Origin: Candidatus Eremiobacteria bacterium
Lineage (GTDB): Bacteria; Vulcanimicrobiota; Vulcanimicrobiia; Vulcanimicrobiales; Vulcanimicrobiaceae
Assembly (NCBI GenBank): GCA_963758295.1
Contig: CAVWUU010000002.1
Coordinates: 64,001 to 128,000, forward strand
Direction: 5' to 3'
DNA length: 64,000 nucleotides
Within the stretch, counting starts at the first letter, position 1, and each line of letters begins with the position of its first letter. A program made the position numbers and the translations under genes. This document shows positions 33,494 through 44,580 of the stretch, piece after piece. Below the pieces are notes generated by a model, which saw only the letters and a program-made list of their open reading frames with translations, searched no databases and was not told the DNA's origin.

Positions 33494-35584
33494 TTATTGC
33501 CGGTTAAGGAAGCGGTCGAACCAAGCAGCGAGGATGTGTAAACGCTCCACGCGATGGATTGGAGCGCCCGTGCGGTTGAGATCGTGATTCTCACCGGGAA
33601 CTTCTACGAAACGAGCGGTTCGGCCGAGTTGTTTGAGAGCGGAAAATTCGTCGAGGGTCTGATCGACCGGCGTCTCCGTATCTTCGGTCGAGTGCAGTAA
33701 CATCACCGGCGTATGAACGTGTTCGACGTAAACCAGCGGCGAGTCGGTGTAATTCTTGCTCGATGGATCCCATGGCTTGCCCCACGCGTACTGTCCGCCG
33801 AGTCCGTTCGAACTGGCAAAGAACGCGTCGAGCGATTCTGTCGCGATGTCGCTCGCGGGGCGTTCGGCGACAGCCGCTTTGAAGCGATCGGTGTGCGAGA
33901 TCACCCAGAGGGTCGCATAGCCACCGTAACTTCCGCCGATCACGCCGAAGCGGGATGAATCGACGTTCGGCCGCTTCGCCACTTCGTCCATGACACGCGT
34001 GATGTCGTCGAACATCGGCGCTCCCCAGTTTCCTTCGAGCGCCGCTTCGAACGTGTGCCCGTACCCGATGCTGCCTTGCGGGTTGGCGAACACGACGTTG
34101 TATCCGCGTCCGGCCCAATACTGCAGCTCGTGGAAAAACGTCGCGCCGAATTCGGCTTGGGGACCGCCATGAATGTCCAGCAGCGTCGGCCGTTTACCTT
34201 TTGCGTTCGGGCCCACTGCGGGCATGAACCAGGCTTCCACGTAGAAACCGCTCGCATCACGAATCGTGAAGCGCTGTGGTTTCGACAGAAGCACGCTGTT
34301 TAGGTATGGCTGATTGAACGCCGTGAGCGCGCGTTCGGAGCCCGTGCGCATATCACGGACGTAGATTTCGGCGGGATGCGAAAAGTCGGCTTTCGCATAG
34401 GCGATGAATCGCCCGTCGGCGCTCATCGAGCAGTCAGCAGCTTCCGCGTGCGTACCGGTCAGCATTTTAACATAGCCGCCGGCAACGGTAATTTCGGCAA
34501 GTTGCGTGCTCCCCGGCGTAGACACGTCCGTAAGGATGAAGCGATCGTCCGGCGTGAAGTAGGGGCCGCAAATCATGCCGGGCATTTTGAGGTCGGCCAA
34601 GACCCAATCGCCCCATTGATACGCGTTCTTCTTCACCGTAACGCGGCGACTTGCGCCGGCCGCGTCGCTCGAAACAAGCGCCGGGTACTCCGCACTGTCG
34701 TCCACGTTGCCGCTGAAGTAAAACACGCGATTGCCGCGATGGGCGTAGGCCGGCTGCATGTTCGCAACGTCGCTCGAACGCACGAGCGTCATCTCGCCGC
34801 CGTGCGACGGGATCGTATAGACGTCGCTTTCGTTTGCCCGCGTCGTTTCTCGCCGGAGTGACGAAAATGCGATTGTCGAATCGTCGGGCGACCACGCAAA
34901 TTGTGCTTCCGACCAACGATGTCCGGATGTAAGGGCGCGCGCTGCCGAACCGTCGGCATCCATAACCCACAGGTGTTGATGCTTGTCGTAAGTGTAGCCT
35001 TCGCCGTTTGCTTCGTAGCGTTCCGTATCAATCACTCGGATGTCGCTTGTACGCTGCGATGCTTTCGGACCAAACCCGGCTGCCTTGAAATCGACCCGCG
35101 CCGGCGCCTTCCCATCAACGGTAAGCGACGCAAAGGCGATCCGCTTGCCATCGTGCGACCACACCGGCGACGATGCCCCACTGGAGAGGTTGGTCAACTG
35201 CGTTGCTGCACGAGTCCGCAAGCTATAGGAGAAAATCTGCGACACGCCGCTTAACGTGCGAACGAATGCAAGGTGCGTTCCATCCGGACTCCACGCGGGC
35301 GACGAAGCAGTGCCATCGGTGGTGATCGGGGCACGTGCCGAGCCGCGGCTGCTTGCAATCCACACGTTAGAATCGTACCGGTTTTCCGGCCCGTTCATCC
35401 TCGATACGACGAATGCCACTTCTCCGCCGTTCGGCGAAATGATCGGCTGCGAGATTAGCGACAATCGAAAAAGATCTTCGGCGCGCACCGGACCCTTTGC
35501 CGAAGCTGATGCCGGCGCAACCGCGAGCATCGAACCGATCAATAAAGCCGCACTGCTACGGCGAAAAAACGTGCCGACCAACAT
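33494..35584 (-). CDS. S9 family (acylaminoacyl/dipeptidyl) peptidase with PD40 propeller
   Basis: WSPDG repeats, IHGGP, GGSYGG, ED, HDL; GGAGG RBS. Confidence 0.9.
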   Translation of the reverse strand: MLVGTFFRRSSAALLIGSMLAVAPASASAKGPVRAEDLFRLSLISQPIISPNGGEVAFVVSRMNGPENRYDSNVWIASSRGSARAPITTDGTASSPAWSPDGTHLAFVRTLSGVSQIFSYSLRTRAATQLTNLSSGASSPVWSHDGKRIAFASLTVDGKAPARVDFKAAGFGPKASQRTSDIRVIDTERYEANGEGYTYDKHQHLWVMDADGSAARALTSGHRWSEAQFAWSPDDSTIAFSSLRRETTRANESDVYTIPSHGGEMTLVRSSDVANMQPAYAHRGNRVFYFSGNVDDSAEYPALVSSDAAGASRRVTVKKNAYQWGDWVLADLKMPGMICGPYFTPDDRFILTDVSTPGSTQLAEITVAGGYVKMLTGTHAEAADCSMSADGRFIAYAKADFSHPAEIYVRDMRTGSERALTAFNQPYLNSVLLSKPQRFTIRDASGFYVEAWFMPAVGPNAKGKRPTLLDIHGGPQAEFGATFFHELQYWAGRGYNVVFANPQGSIGYGHTFEAALEGNWGAPMFDDITRVMDEVAKRPNVDSSRFGVIGGSYGGYATLWVISHTDRFKAAVAERPASDIATESLDAFFASSNGLGGQYAWGKPWDPSSKNYTDSPLVYVEHVHTPVMLLHSTEDTETPVDQTLDEFSALKQLGRTARFVEVPGENHDLNRTGAPIHRVERLHILAAWFDRFLNRQ

Positions 35585-35905
35585 AGGTGCCTCCGCTGAC
35601 TCGTTTGGCATTTTCGCAATCGTCGCTCCAGGCCTTCGCATCGGAAGAACCGATGAAACGGCTGGCGCACAGCTACGAGCTGTGGCCTCGCTTTAGCGGG
35701 TCCGCGGTTTTTTGCCCCGAAGCGATACTCGCGCACCAAAGTTAGGAGCGGCCTTGCAGAAAGTAGATGCCAACGACGTAGACGAGTTGGAATGCGTCTC
35801 AGCCAAAAGGACGTTTCGCGGATTCGGCAAGCAAATTTCCGGTCGCGGCATCGTGCGTCATCAAGACGGCAAGACGGACGCTCTCGGTTACTTCGACGGC
35901 GAAGA

Positions 35906-38179
35906 GTGATGATCGCCGCGCAAGCCGACACAGCCGCAGTCGCAACCTACGCGCGCATCGCCTCGGGCGTCGTCGTCCGAAACGGAAGCGCCCGTTACGA
36001 GATTCAAGTCGTGGAACCCAACGTCGTTCGCATCCACGTCGTTCCGAACGGGAAAGCGACTCCCCGAACGCTCGTCCTAGATCCGCATCTTGCGCTTCAT
36101 TCCAGCGCGACGCAAGGCAACTATACGGCGCGATCCGTTCAGTTGACCACACCGCACATGACGGTCAAAGTGTCGCTGCGTCCCTTCGCGCTCGAAATCG
36201 ACGATCCGCATGGCGCGGTATTTACCCAAAGCGGCGAAGCGATGCCGCACGCGCTGCACGTAACCCTGGCGGATGCCGGTCCGTTTTTCGGCATTGATAA
36301 CACGAGTCTTCCAGGTTCGAATCTCGACCCGCGCCAAGACATTCGCAAAGGCATCGTGCGCGATGGGGGCACGGCACTTGCCGGGCTGCAGGGCGACGGT
36401 GGCGCGCCGCTGGTCTATACCAAGCGATACGGCATGCTGATCGATTCCAACGGCGGTTCGTTCGATGTCGACTCCGGCGCAATCGATTTCCACGGCGGTT
36501 CGCGTCCTGATGTGGAATATTTTGCGATAGTGGGTCCGCCGCTCGCAACGATGCGCGCGGTCGCGGATCTTTCCGGCCATGCGCCGATGATGCCGAAGTG
36601 GTCGCTGGGTTTCATCAATACGCAATGGGGAAGCACCGAATCCGAAGTGCGTTCCATTATTGCGGGATACCGAAACCGCGAAATTCCGATCGATGCATTT
36701 ATCCTCGACTTTGACTGGAAGGCCTGGGGCGAGGACAATTACGGCGAATGGCGTTGGAACAGTACGCGCGGCGCGGGAAGCGTCGCGCCGGATAAATTCC
36801 CTGACGGCGCTTCAGGAGCGTTCGCTGCCGACATGCTGCGCGACGGTGTGAAGCTAGGTGGCATTTTCAAACCGCGCATTCTCCTTACTAACGCCAACGG
36901 CACGCCGACCGCCGCTGCCAAATACGCAGAAGCGCATCATTTCTTCCTGCGATGGCAGAAGCCGTATCGGGAGTATTTCTCGCATCGCGAGGCGCGCGAC
37001 ATCGACTTTTCGATTCCCGCAGCGCGCGCGTGGTACTGGGAACATACGGTTCCGGCTTATCGGGCAGGTATCGTGGCATTCTGGAACGACGAAGCTGATG
37101 CGGCGGGTGACGCGCGCGACCTTTTCCCAAACCTGCAATTTCTCGATATGCAGCGCGCGCTGTACGACGGCGTGCGATCTGCAGACGATCGCCGCGTTTT
37201 CTCGCTCAACCGCAACTTCTATCTCGGTTCTCAGCGCTACGGGTATGGCGAATGGTCGGGCGACATCGAGACAAGCTTCGATTCGATGCGCGAGCAGGCG
37301 ATTCGCATGCTCGGCACGGTGGGCCTGGGAGAACCGCACTGGAGCATGGATACGGGCGGCTTCGACGGCCATCCAAGTCCTGAAAACTACGCCCGGTGGA
37401 TGCAGTTTGCCGCCCTTGTGCCTATCATGCGCGTGCACGGGACGTTAGGCGAAAAGCGGCAACCCTGGGTGTACGGTGCGCAGGCGCAAAGCGTTGCAAA
37501 AAGTGCGATTGATTTGCGGTATCGATTGTTGCCCTATTTCTATTCGTACGAGCGTGCTGCTTACGAGGATGGCGCCGGAATCGTGCGGCCGCTTTCGTGG
37601 GCGTTTCCGGACGATGGGGATGCAGTGTACCAAACTGACGAATGGATGGATGGCGATGCGCTGCTCGCTGCACCCATATTCGGCGAAGGGCAGACACACC
37701 GGGACGTTTATCTGCCTGCGGGCACTTGGTACGACTACTTCCGCGGGACGCGTTTCCCGGGCGGAACGACGATCGATTACAACGTCGACGCCCGCACCTG
37801 GGCCGATATACCGCTTTTCGTGCGTGAGGGAAGCATCGTAGCGACACAAACCGTTCAACAGTGGGTCGGCCAGCAACCGGCCACGAACGTGCGCCTTGAC
37901 GTCTATCCATCACTCAAGCGAATCGCTCGTTTCGGCTATTACGACGACGACGGCACGACATATGCTTACGAACGTGGCGTGTACTTCAAACAGGAAATCG
38001 AAGCGCGCGAGGATTCAAAAGGCTTCCATGTGACGGCAGCGCAGCCGGAGGGTTCCTATAAGCCACCGGTCCAGACGTACACCATCGTAGTGCACGGCGT
38101 GGGCACTCAGAATGATCGCTTCGGCAAAATGACGACGATCGTCGAACGCGCCGGCGTACCGTTCGACGTTACTTTGTAA
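35906..38179 (+). CDS. Glycoside hydrolase family 31 (start uncertain)
   Basis: LDFDW, FWNDE, WSGD, MDTGGF, RWMQF, VYLPAGTWYD. Confidence 0.88.
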   Translation: MMIAAQADTAAVATYARIASGVVVRNGSARYEIQVVEPNVVRIHVVPNGKATPRTLVLDPHLALHSSATQGNYTARSVQLTTPHMTVKVSLRPFALEIDDPHGAVFTQSGEAMPHALHVTLADAGPFFGIDNTSLPGSNLDPRQDIRKGIVRDGGTALAGLQGDGGAPLVYTKRYGMLIDSNGGSFDVDSGAIDFHGGSRPDVEYFAIVGPPLATMRAVADLSGHAPMMPKWSLGFINTQWGSTESEVRSIIAGYRNREIPIDAFILDFDWKAWGEDNYGEWRWNSTRGAGSVAPDKFPDGASGAFAADMLRDGVKLGGIFKPRILLTNANGTPTAAAKYAEAHHFFLRWQKPYREYFSHREARDIDFSIPAARAWYWEHTVPAYRAGIVAFWNDEADAAGDARDLFPNLQFLDMQRALYDGVRSADDRRVFSLNRNFYLGSQRYGYGEWSGDIETSFDSMREQAIRMLGTVGLGEPHWSMDTGGFDGHPSPENYARWMQFAALVPIMRVHGTLGEKRQPWVYGAQAQSVAKSAIDLRYRLLPYFYSYERAAYEDGAGIVRPLSWAFPDDGDAVYQTDEWMDGDALLAAPIFGEGQTHRDVYLPAGTWYDYFRGTRFPGGTTIDYNVDARTWADIPLFVREGSIVATQTVQQWVGQQPATNVRLDVYPSLKRIARFGYYDDDGTTYAYERGVYFKQEIEAREDSKGFHVTAAQPEGSYKPPVQTYTIVVHGVGTQNDRFGKMTTIVERAGVPFDVTL

Positions 38180-38237
38180 CGTGCCGGATTTATGACGCAC
38201 CGCTAGTGTTTACATGCCGCTTGCCTAACAGCGGCTT

Positions 38238-38876
38238 ATGAAACGGCGCGCCTTGATTCTTCTCTCCGTGCTCGCGGCTTATGCGAGCACCTTCGCACCG
38301 GAGCGATTCGTGCTCGAGCGAGGGCTGGAGTTACTTGGGAACCCACCGTACGAAGGATGGCGCGGGCTATTTCTTCCGCACCTGTTACTTTATTCAACGC
38401 TTCCCGCGGTAGTGTGCGCCATACTGTGGTATCTGTCGTATCGCGGACGGCTGCTTCCCGGCATTCCCTCGGCCCACACCGGGAAAGCCTTTCTTTGGGG
38501 GGCCGGCGCCGGCGCCGCGTCGCTTCTGGCTATTCTAGTCGTCGTCGCGTCGACGATGCCACGCGGAACGATTCACTGGATTGGGCTCGATCCGCTCAAG
38601 ATTTTCGCGAACGTCTTTTCCAATTTCTATGAGGAGTTCATCTTTCGCGGGTTCCTGCTAACCGCGCTTACGGCACTCATAAGCTTTTGGCCCGCGGCAA
38701 TTATTTCGAGCATCCTCTGGGCGGCGGAACACACACAATACCCGTGGGCACTTCGCTTGGCAATCGCAGCCGTCGGCGTCCTGTGGTGCTGGATCATTAA
38801 ACGGACGCGTTCGTTTTTAGCGGCCTACGAAGCGCATATGCTCGTCGATATTTTCGGCGACGCGCTTATTCCGTAA
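38238..38876 (+). CDS. CPBP (CAAX/Abi) intramembrane metalloprotease
   Basis: EEFIFRG, WAAEH, AHML. Confidence 0.8.
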   Translation: MKRRALILLSVLAAYASTFAPERFVLERGLELLGNPPYEGWRGLFLPHLLLYSTLPAVVCAILWYLSYRGRLLPGIPSAHTGKAFLWGAGAGAASLLAILVVVASTMPRGTIHWIGLDPLKIFANVFSNFYEEFIFRGFLLTALTALISFWPAAIISSILWAAEHTQYPWALRLAIAAVGVLWCWIIKRTRSFLAAYEAHMLVDIFGDALIP

Positions 38877-38877
38877 C

Positions 38878-40632
38878 TTACCAGCCTACGGCCTCGCCAT
38901 CTTTGCCGAAGTCCGATCCGGCTGCATACGAACCATTGGGCAGCTGCATAATGGCCTGATAGCCTCCGAGCGGAGCTCGCGTGACGGATCTAACGTGGTG
39001 GCCCATACCGGCAAGCTTTGATCCGAGCGAATCATAAAGCGGCGCTTCCAGCATCAGCGAATTCGAAATTTCATCGTGTCTGAAGCGCGCCATGTCGCCC
39101 GCTTGTTGGATGTTCACGCCGAGATCGACAAGGTCGACAATGACTTGCTCGTGCCCCTGCGCCTGCATGTCGCCGCCCATCAACCCAATAGTTGCAAACG
39201 GCTTGCCGTTGCGCATAAGCAATCCGGCGCACAGGGTATTAAAGGGCCGCTTTTGCGGTGCGATCGCGTTGGGGCTTTTCGGGTCCAGCGTGAAGAGCCC
39301 GCCGCGATCGTGAAGGATAAAGCCGTATCCGGGCACGGTAATGCCTGAACCGAACCCATCGTAATTGCTGTTCACCCACGACACCATGTTGCCCCAACGG
39401 TCGGCGGTTGACAGGACGATCGTGTCGCCTGCGCCACTCTCTTCGCCGGCAGCCGGTTGCGACGCGCGCTTCGGATCGATCTTCGCGCACTGCGAAGCCG
39501 CATACGCATTCGAAAGAAGCCGATTGAGCGGGACCGTTGCATGGTCCGGATCGGCGTTATAACGATAAAGATCTGCATAGGCTATTTTCTTCGCTTCGAC
39601 CAGCAGGTGCCAATACAAGGCGCTGCCTGGCCCAAGCGAGGCCAGTGTGTCGCCACCGGCGAGTTTCGGAACGCACTTTTGCAGCACGTTGAGTGCTTCG
39701 TTCGCTGCAAACCCCTGCGATGGCGGAGGCAGCTCCAAGACCTCGTAGCCGTGATACATGCTGCGCACCGGTTGACGCCAGACGCCGTGATACGCGGCAA
39801 GATCCGCAAGCGTCATCGTCCCGCCGAGCGCACGCGATTTAGCGATTATCGCGCGAGCGATTTCACCTTTGTAAAATGCATCGCGTCCATCGTGTGCGAG
39901 CAGCGTTAACGCGCGTGCCAGCTGCGGATTGCGGAAAATCCGTCCTTCAACCGGTGGCTTCCCGCGGACGTACCAGGTTGCAACCGAGTCGGGATCGAGC
40001 GCCGTGCAGCATTGGCGCAGCGGCAGCGCATTGGGAAGCTTCCAATCGTGCGCGATGCGTTCCGACACTGGAAATCCGTTTGCTGCATAATCGATTGCCG
40101 GTGCAAGCACGCGCGAAAATTTCATCGTGCCGTAGCGGCGGAGCATCTCGTCCCAACCCCAAGCGGCACCAGGAACCGTCACATCGAGAATGCCGCCTGA
40201 CGGCATGCCGGATCCCGGTCCCCATTGCTTTGAATCGTAGGCATAGCCGAGGGCGTTCATGTGCGCGAGGGTCGCACCGGTCGGCGCCACACCGCTTGCA
40301 TCAAGCACGTGGACGGCGTGCTCTTTCGCAATGTAAACAATCGCGAAAAGGTCCCCGCCCATACCGACGTTCATGGGTTCGGTGACATTTAACGCGGCCG
40401 CGGTCGCGACCGCGGCATCGACCGCATTGCCACCCTGCATCAGAATCCGCAGGCCCGCCTGAGCGGCGAGTGGCTGACTTGTTGCGACGACTCCGTTTCG
40501 TGCAAGGACGGGCGAACGGCTTTGCTGCAACCAGCCTTCCGCGCGCTCACCGCGAAGGGCCGTATTTGCCGTTGCCGTCAAGGTCATGAGTGCAATAGCC
40601 GCAGAGATCAGTCGGACGCTGAAGGCCGTCAT
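38878..40632 (-). CDS. ggt: Gamma-glutamyltransferase family protein, secreted
   Basis: GGNAVDAAVA, GDT autoprocessing Thr, GFGSG, GGDMQAQG. Confidence 0.88.
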   Translation of the reverse strand: MTAFSVRLISAAIALMTLTATANTALRGERAEGWLQQSRSPVLARNGVVATSQPLAAQAGLRILMQGGNAVDAAVATAAALNVTEPMNVGMGGDLFAIVYIAKEHAVHVLDASGVAPTGATLAHMNALGYAYDSKQWGPGSGMPSGGILDVTVPGAAWGWDEMLRRYGTMKFSRVLAPAIDYAANGFPVSERIAHDWKLPNALPLRQCCTALDPDSVATWYVRGKPPVEGRIFRNPQLARALTLLAHDGRDAFYKGEIARAIIAKSRALGGTMTLADLAAYHGVWRQPVRSMYHGYEVLELPPPSQGFAANEALNVLQKCVPKLAGGDTLASLGPGSALYWHLLVEAKKIAYADLYRYNADPDHATVPLNRLLSNAYAASQCAKIDPKRASQPAAGEESGAGDTIVLSTADRWGNMVSWVNSNYDGFGSGITVPGYGFILHDRGGLFTLDPKSPNAIAPQKRPFNTLCAGLLMRNGKPFATIGLMGGDMQAQGHEQVIVDLVDLGVNIQQAGDMARFRHDEISNSLMLEAPLYDSLGSKLAGMGHHVRSVTRAPLGGYQAIMQLPNGSYAAGSDFGKDGEAVGW

Positions 40633-40739
40633 GGCGGCCGCGTTCTTCCCTCCGGCGAGCGCTTCCCGTGCCATGATCCAGAAGTTAGGCGGTTGATCTA
40701 GTGAGCGAAGAACCATCATCGATGGGTAATGCTGCTCTT

Positions 40740-42035
40740 ATGAACAAACCACCGGCCGCGGAGCAGGTTTTTCCCGAGGCGGAGTACTTCGCGCTCTTTC
40801 AGCGCGTATCTGAAGTGCTCGGAGAATCGCTGGACTACCGAGTAACGCTGCAGAATGTCGCAAACTCTACGGTAGCCACTATTTCGGACGTCTGCATAAT
40901 CGATCTCGGCGACGGCGGACAGACGGAGATGGTGAGCGCGGCACACCGGGACAGCGCGCTCACGAAAAAAGTGCAGGCCGCCGGAGCGCACTTGAGTTCG
41001 AAGCATAATCGTCCTCAGCATCCGGTGTGCCGGGTGCTAGCGACGGGCGAGATGTTTTACGCGCCGCATATCGACAACGCATGGATCGAGCAACATTCCA
41101 GCGGGCCGGAACATGCCGGCTTCCTTTCGGAATTGAAATACACGTCGATGATTGTTGTTCCGCTCTTATCAGAAGCTTTTGGTTTGACCGGCGCACTAAC
41201 ATTGGCTACGGTCGAGGGCGGCCGGCCGCCATTCCGAGAGCGGGCCGTCGCGTTTTCTCAAGCCTTAGGGCGGCTGTGTGCTGCGGCGATCGGAAAAGCA
41301 CGAATGTACGGCGATAGCCAGGCAACGGCGGCGATGTATCAGCAGGCCGCGCTCCCACAGCGCCTGCCGCAAGCGCCCGGCGTCGAATTCTTTTCTCACT
41401 ATCAGCCGGCCGCGCGAACCCAGCTCGTAGGGGGCGACTGGTACGACGCTTTCACGATCCCGAACGGCCGCATCGGCATATCGATAGGGGATGTGAGCGG
41501 TCACGGTTTGCGTGCATCGGTGGTCATGTCGTCGATGCGAAATTCCATTCGAACCGCGCTGATATCGGAACCGGACATCGCGCGCGCACTGGACTCCGTT
41601 GATTACGTCTTGCGCAGCGAATTCGACGATGTTAGTTTCTGTACAGCGGTGCTTGCAGTCCTCGACGTCGACGCAATGACCTTACGGCTTGCAAGCGCGG
41701 GTCATCCGGGTCCGAGAATTTGGAGCGCCAAAACCAACGAGGTCGCCGATCCCTTCACTGAACGCGACCTGCCACTCGGGATTCGGCCGTTGTCACAAAA
41801 CCGGGCACAACCGCGAACCATGCGGCTGGAGAAAGGCTTCGTCGTGTTCTACACCGACGGCCTGGTGGAATGCACGCGGAATATGCTCGATGGCGAACGC
41901 GATTTAAATCAGGCGATGATGCGCGCTGACGTTCGAAACGCAGAGAATCCTGCAGAAGCAACGCGTGAGGCGATGTCCGATTGCACCGACAGTCCGGACG
42001 ATGATATAGCAATTCTCGCCATGCGATTGGCGTAA
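40740..42035 (+). CDS. GAF-SpoIIE/PP2C phosphatase
   Basis: VGGDWYD, GDVSGHG, SAGHP, YTDGL, DDIA. Confidence 0.87.
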   Translation: MNKPPAAEQVFPEAEYFALFQRVSEVLGESLDYRVTLQNVANSTVATISDVCIIDLGDGGQTEMVSAAHRDSALTKKVQAAGAHLSSKHNRPQHPVCRVLATGEMFYAPHIDNAWIEQHSSGPEHAGFLSELKYTSMIVVPLLSEAFGLTGALTLATVEGGRPPFRERAVAFSQALGRLCAAAIGKARMYGDSQATAAMYQQAALPQRLPQAPGVEFFSHYQPAARTQLVGGDWYDAFTIPNGRIGISIGDVSGHGLRASVVMSSMRNSIRTALISEPDIARALDSVDYVLRSEFDDVSFCTAVLAVLDVDAMTLRLASAGHPGPRIWSAKTNEVADPFTERDLPLGIRPLSQNRAQPRTMRLEKGFVVFYTDGLVECTRNMLDGERDLNQAMMRADVRNAENPAEATREAMSDCTDSPDDDIAILAMRLA

Positions 42036-42048
42036 CGTTCGTTGATCA

Positions 42049-43024
42049 TTATGCGGACACGGTCATGAAACGGCGCCTGTACTCGGCCGGCCCAATTCCG
42101 TACCGGCGTTCGAAGGCGCGCCGAAATGTATCGCCGCTGCTGTAGCCGACCCGTCTCGGCGAGTTCCGCTATCGCATCATCGCCGTTTACGAGGAGCCAA
42201 CGCGCCTCGTCTAGCCGCATTTCCTCTACGAAGTCCGCCGGCGTCAACCCAAACGTTGCCTTGAACTTGCGAGCAAGGTGGCGGGGGCTGAGACTGACGT
42301 GTTCGGCAATGGTTTCAAGCGTGAGGTCCTTTTGAAGGTTTCCGCGCATCCACTCAGCGAGGTCGCCAAACCGGGTCTTCGTCTTGGTTTGCGCAAGAAG
42401 CGGCTGCGAATATTGCCGTTGGCCGCCGGAGCGCTTGAGATAAACGATGATCTCCCGAGCCACGTTCATCGCGACGCCGGTGCCTAAATCTTCCTCAACC
42501 AATGCTAGCGCTAAATCAATTCCAGCCGTTACACCGGCAGATGTATAAAACTTGCCGTCTTTGATGTAGATAGCGTCGGCATTCACGCGCAGCTTCGGCC
42601 AGCACTGTTGCACGTCGAGCGCAAACCGCCAATGCGTTGTGACGTCGCGTCCGTCAAGTAGGCCCGTCTCCGCCAGTCCGTAGATCCCGGTGCACACCGA
42701 CGCGATACGTCGTGCCGATTTCGTCTGTCGAAGCAAAAATTGGGAGATTGCGGTACGCGTCTTCGGATTCAAGCGCAGCTCGCGTCCGCCCGGGACAATA
42801 ATCGTATCGAATAACGCGCCGTCCGAAAGTGCCACGTCGGCATAAAACGACACACCCGACTCCGCGGTCGCGCGGCCACGTCGAACTCCGAGCACCGTCA
42901 CTTCATAGGGCTTAGATTCGCGCCCCACCAAATCGTTTGCGCTGGAAAATACGTCAGCAGGCCCTGCCACGTCGAGTGTTTCAACGCCTTCGTAGACGAC
43001 AATGCCAATCCGTCGAGTCTTCAT
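42049..43024 (-). CDS. GlxA/AraC family regulator with DJ-1 domain; apparent +1 indel near 42152
   Basis: SVCTG, TTHW, TSAGVTAGID; shifted frame gives VGYSSGDTFRRAFERRYGIGPAEYRRRF. Confidence 0.87.
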
Positions 43025-43116
43025 ACCACAAATCTACGCGAGCAGCGTGAAGACTGCAATGGTGTCAAACCGACGTTTCAGGACATCAGCCGCAATGAAG
43101 CGCGCAGGCCGGCTTA

Positions 43117-43524
43117 TTACGCGCTAACAGTAATTCGTTTCCGGCTAAGTGTCGGAGCCGTGTTGCTAACCATTTCTAACACGGCCAGCTCGGGGAAGGC
43201 CAGGCGGTAAAGATGGGCCTTTTCCGAAGGTGAGAGCATCAGCGCATCCGCTAAGCCACTCAGTAATCGCAAAGACGTCCGACTCCCAGTGCCCGATTCC
43301 AGCATTTTGTACCAGCCGCGGCTAACGCCGACCGCTTCAGCCAACTCCTCTTGCGTTACAAAACGCCCGATTCTACAGGGCAAACGGCGCTGCGATCCAA
43401 GCGCCGTGGCCTCCTTACTAATCCGCAAACGCCACATTCGCAGAGATGCCCCTAGTTGCGCATCCAAAATCATAATTGGCGACCTCAAAAATCGTAACCA
43501 AACGACCCGCTGGTAGTATGCCAT
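43117..43524 (-). CDS. XRE family helix-turn-helix protein (start uncertain)
   Basis: TQEELAEAVGVSRGWYKMLESG, LADALMLS..E..HL. Confidence 0.75.
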   Translation of the reverse strand: MAYYQRVVWLRFLRSPIMILDAQLGASLRMWRLRISKEATALGSQRRLPCRIGRFVTQEELAEAVGVSRGWYKMLESGTGSRTSLRLLSGLADALMLSPSEKAHLYRLAFPELAVLEMVSNTAPTLSRKRITVSA

Positions 43525-43899
43525 TAAGCTTCATAACGTCGTCGAAGGCCGAGTGTCTTACATCGATGGCAATGCACGCTGAGCGTGATCATAAGTGTAG
43601 CAACGAGACATCAATCTTTCCACGATTTTTCGGTTGGCGATGAACTATCGAATATACTGAAAGTATGCAGAGTCGCGTTTCGTACGCTCGTGGCGCAATC
43701 TCCAGAGCCCGGCGGAAACCCGAAGACTTAGGCCTGCAGCCGGCTCACGGCCGCCTATCGTTAACAAACGCTAATGCAACGACCGAGGGTCTATAAAAGT
43801 GATCGACAAAAAGGCTGACGACGCCACGCTGCAACGGCAGCACGTCCGTTGCCTATTTTGCGACGGCTCATCCGAGATTCGTCAAGCCGGGAATGGTCG

Positions 43900-44157
43900 G
43901 TGAGTTTTATTCCGCTGCCGTACTCGGTAGCGCTTTTCATCTTTGGCTTGTTGATTGCCGTAGTTACAACCCAACGGTACAAGCACGTTCAAACCGGGTC
44001 AAAGGACGTTCATTTCAAAGGCGGCGTCAAACGGGGAATACCGGGCCCGCCGCTTTCGGTAAAAAACCTAGCGTTGTGGTTTGGCTACTTCATCGCATTC
44101 ATTGGCGGCATTAACACGCTGTTTGATTTTTACCGGAACGTAACCGGCAAAAAGTAA
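43900..44157 (+). CDS. Small two-TM membrane protein
   Basis: Two hydrophobic segments; start uncertain. Confidence 0.5.
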   Translation: MSFIPLPYSVALFIFGLLIAVVTTQRYKHVQTGSKDVHFKGGVKRGIPGPPLSVKNLALWFGYFIAFIGGINTLFDFYRNVTGKK

Positions 44158-44200
44158 AACACACCCGGCCAAATCAATGGGTGCCGAAAGTTGAACCCAT

Positions 44201-44485
44201 TCAGGTCGCTTTAAGAGGCGTGACGTCTGCGGGGCTGCCCCGCATCTGCGCGGTTAACTCGCCGAGCTCTCGAATGTAGAACGCGATCGCATCCGCGGGG
44301 AGGTCGACGCTGGAAAATCGTTGGTCCGCCAGCAAAAGACGCGAGAACTCTTCGATGCATTCTTCGGGCGTCAATCCGCGCCCCATGCACGCTGCTAACT
44401 CGCTCGCTCGCTGTTTGAGAGCCTCCCATAACTCGTAAGGTAATTGTTGCCGCGCCACATTGGATGTCTGCCCACCACGGTTCAT
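44201..44485 (-). CDS. Hypothetical protein
   Basis: 94 aa ORF with plausible composition. Confidence 0.45.
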   Translation of the reverse strand: MNRGGQTSNVARQQLPYELWEALKQRASELAACMGRGLTPEECIEEFSRLLLADQRFSSVDLPADAIAFYIRELGELTAQMRGSPADVTPLKAT

Positions 44486-44580
44486 AACAAACGCCCGTAA
44501 AAGGCGGTTAAAGGGCCGAGCCCGCTTCTAAGGCAAAAAAGCAGGCGACGTTATTCGTGTCTTTCGCATGAGGATTCTGC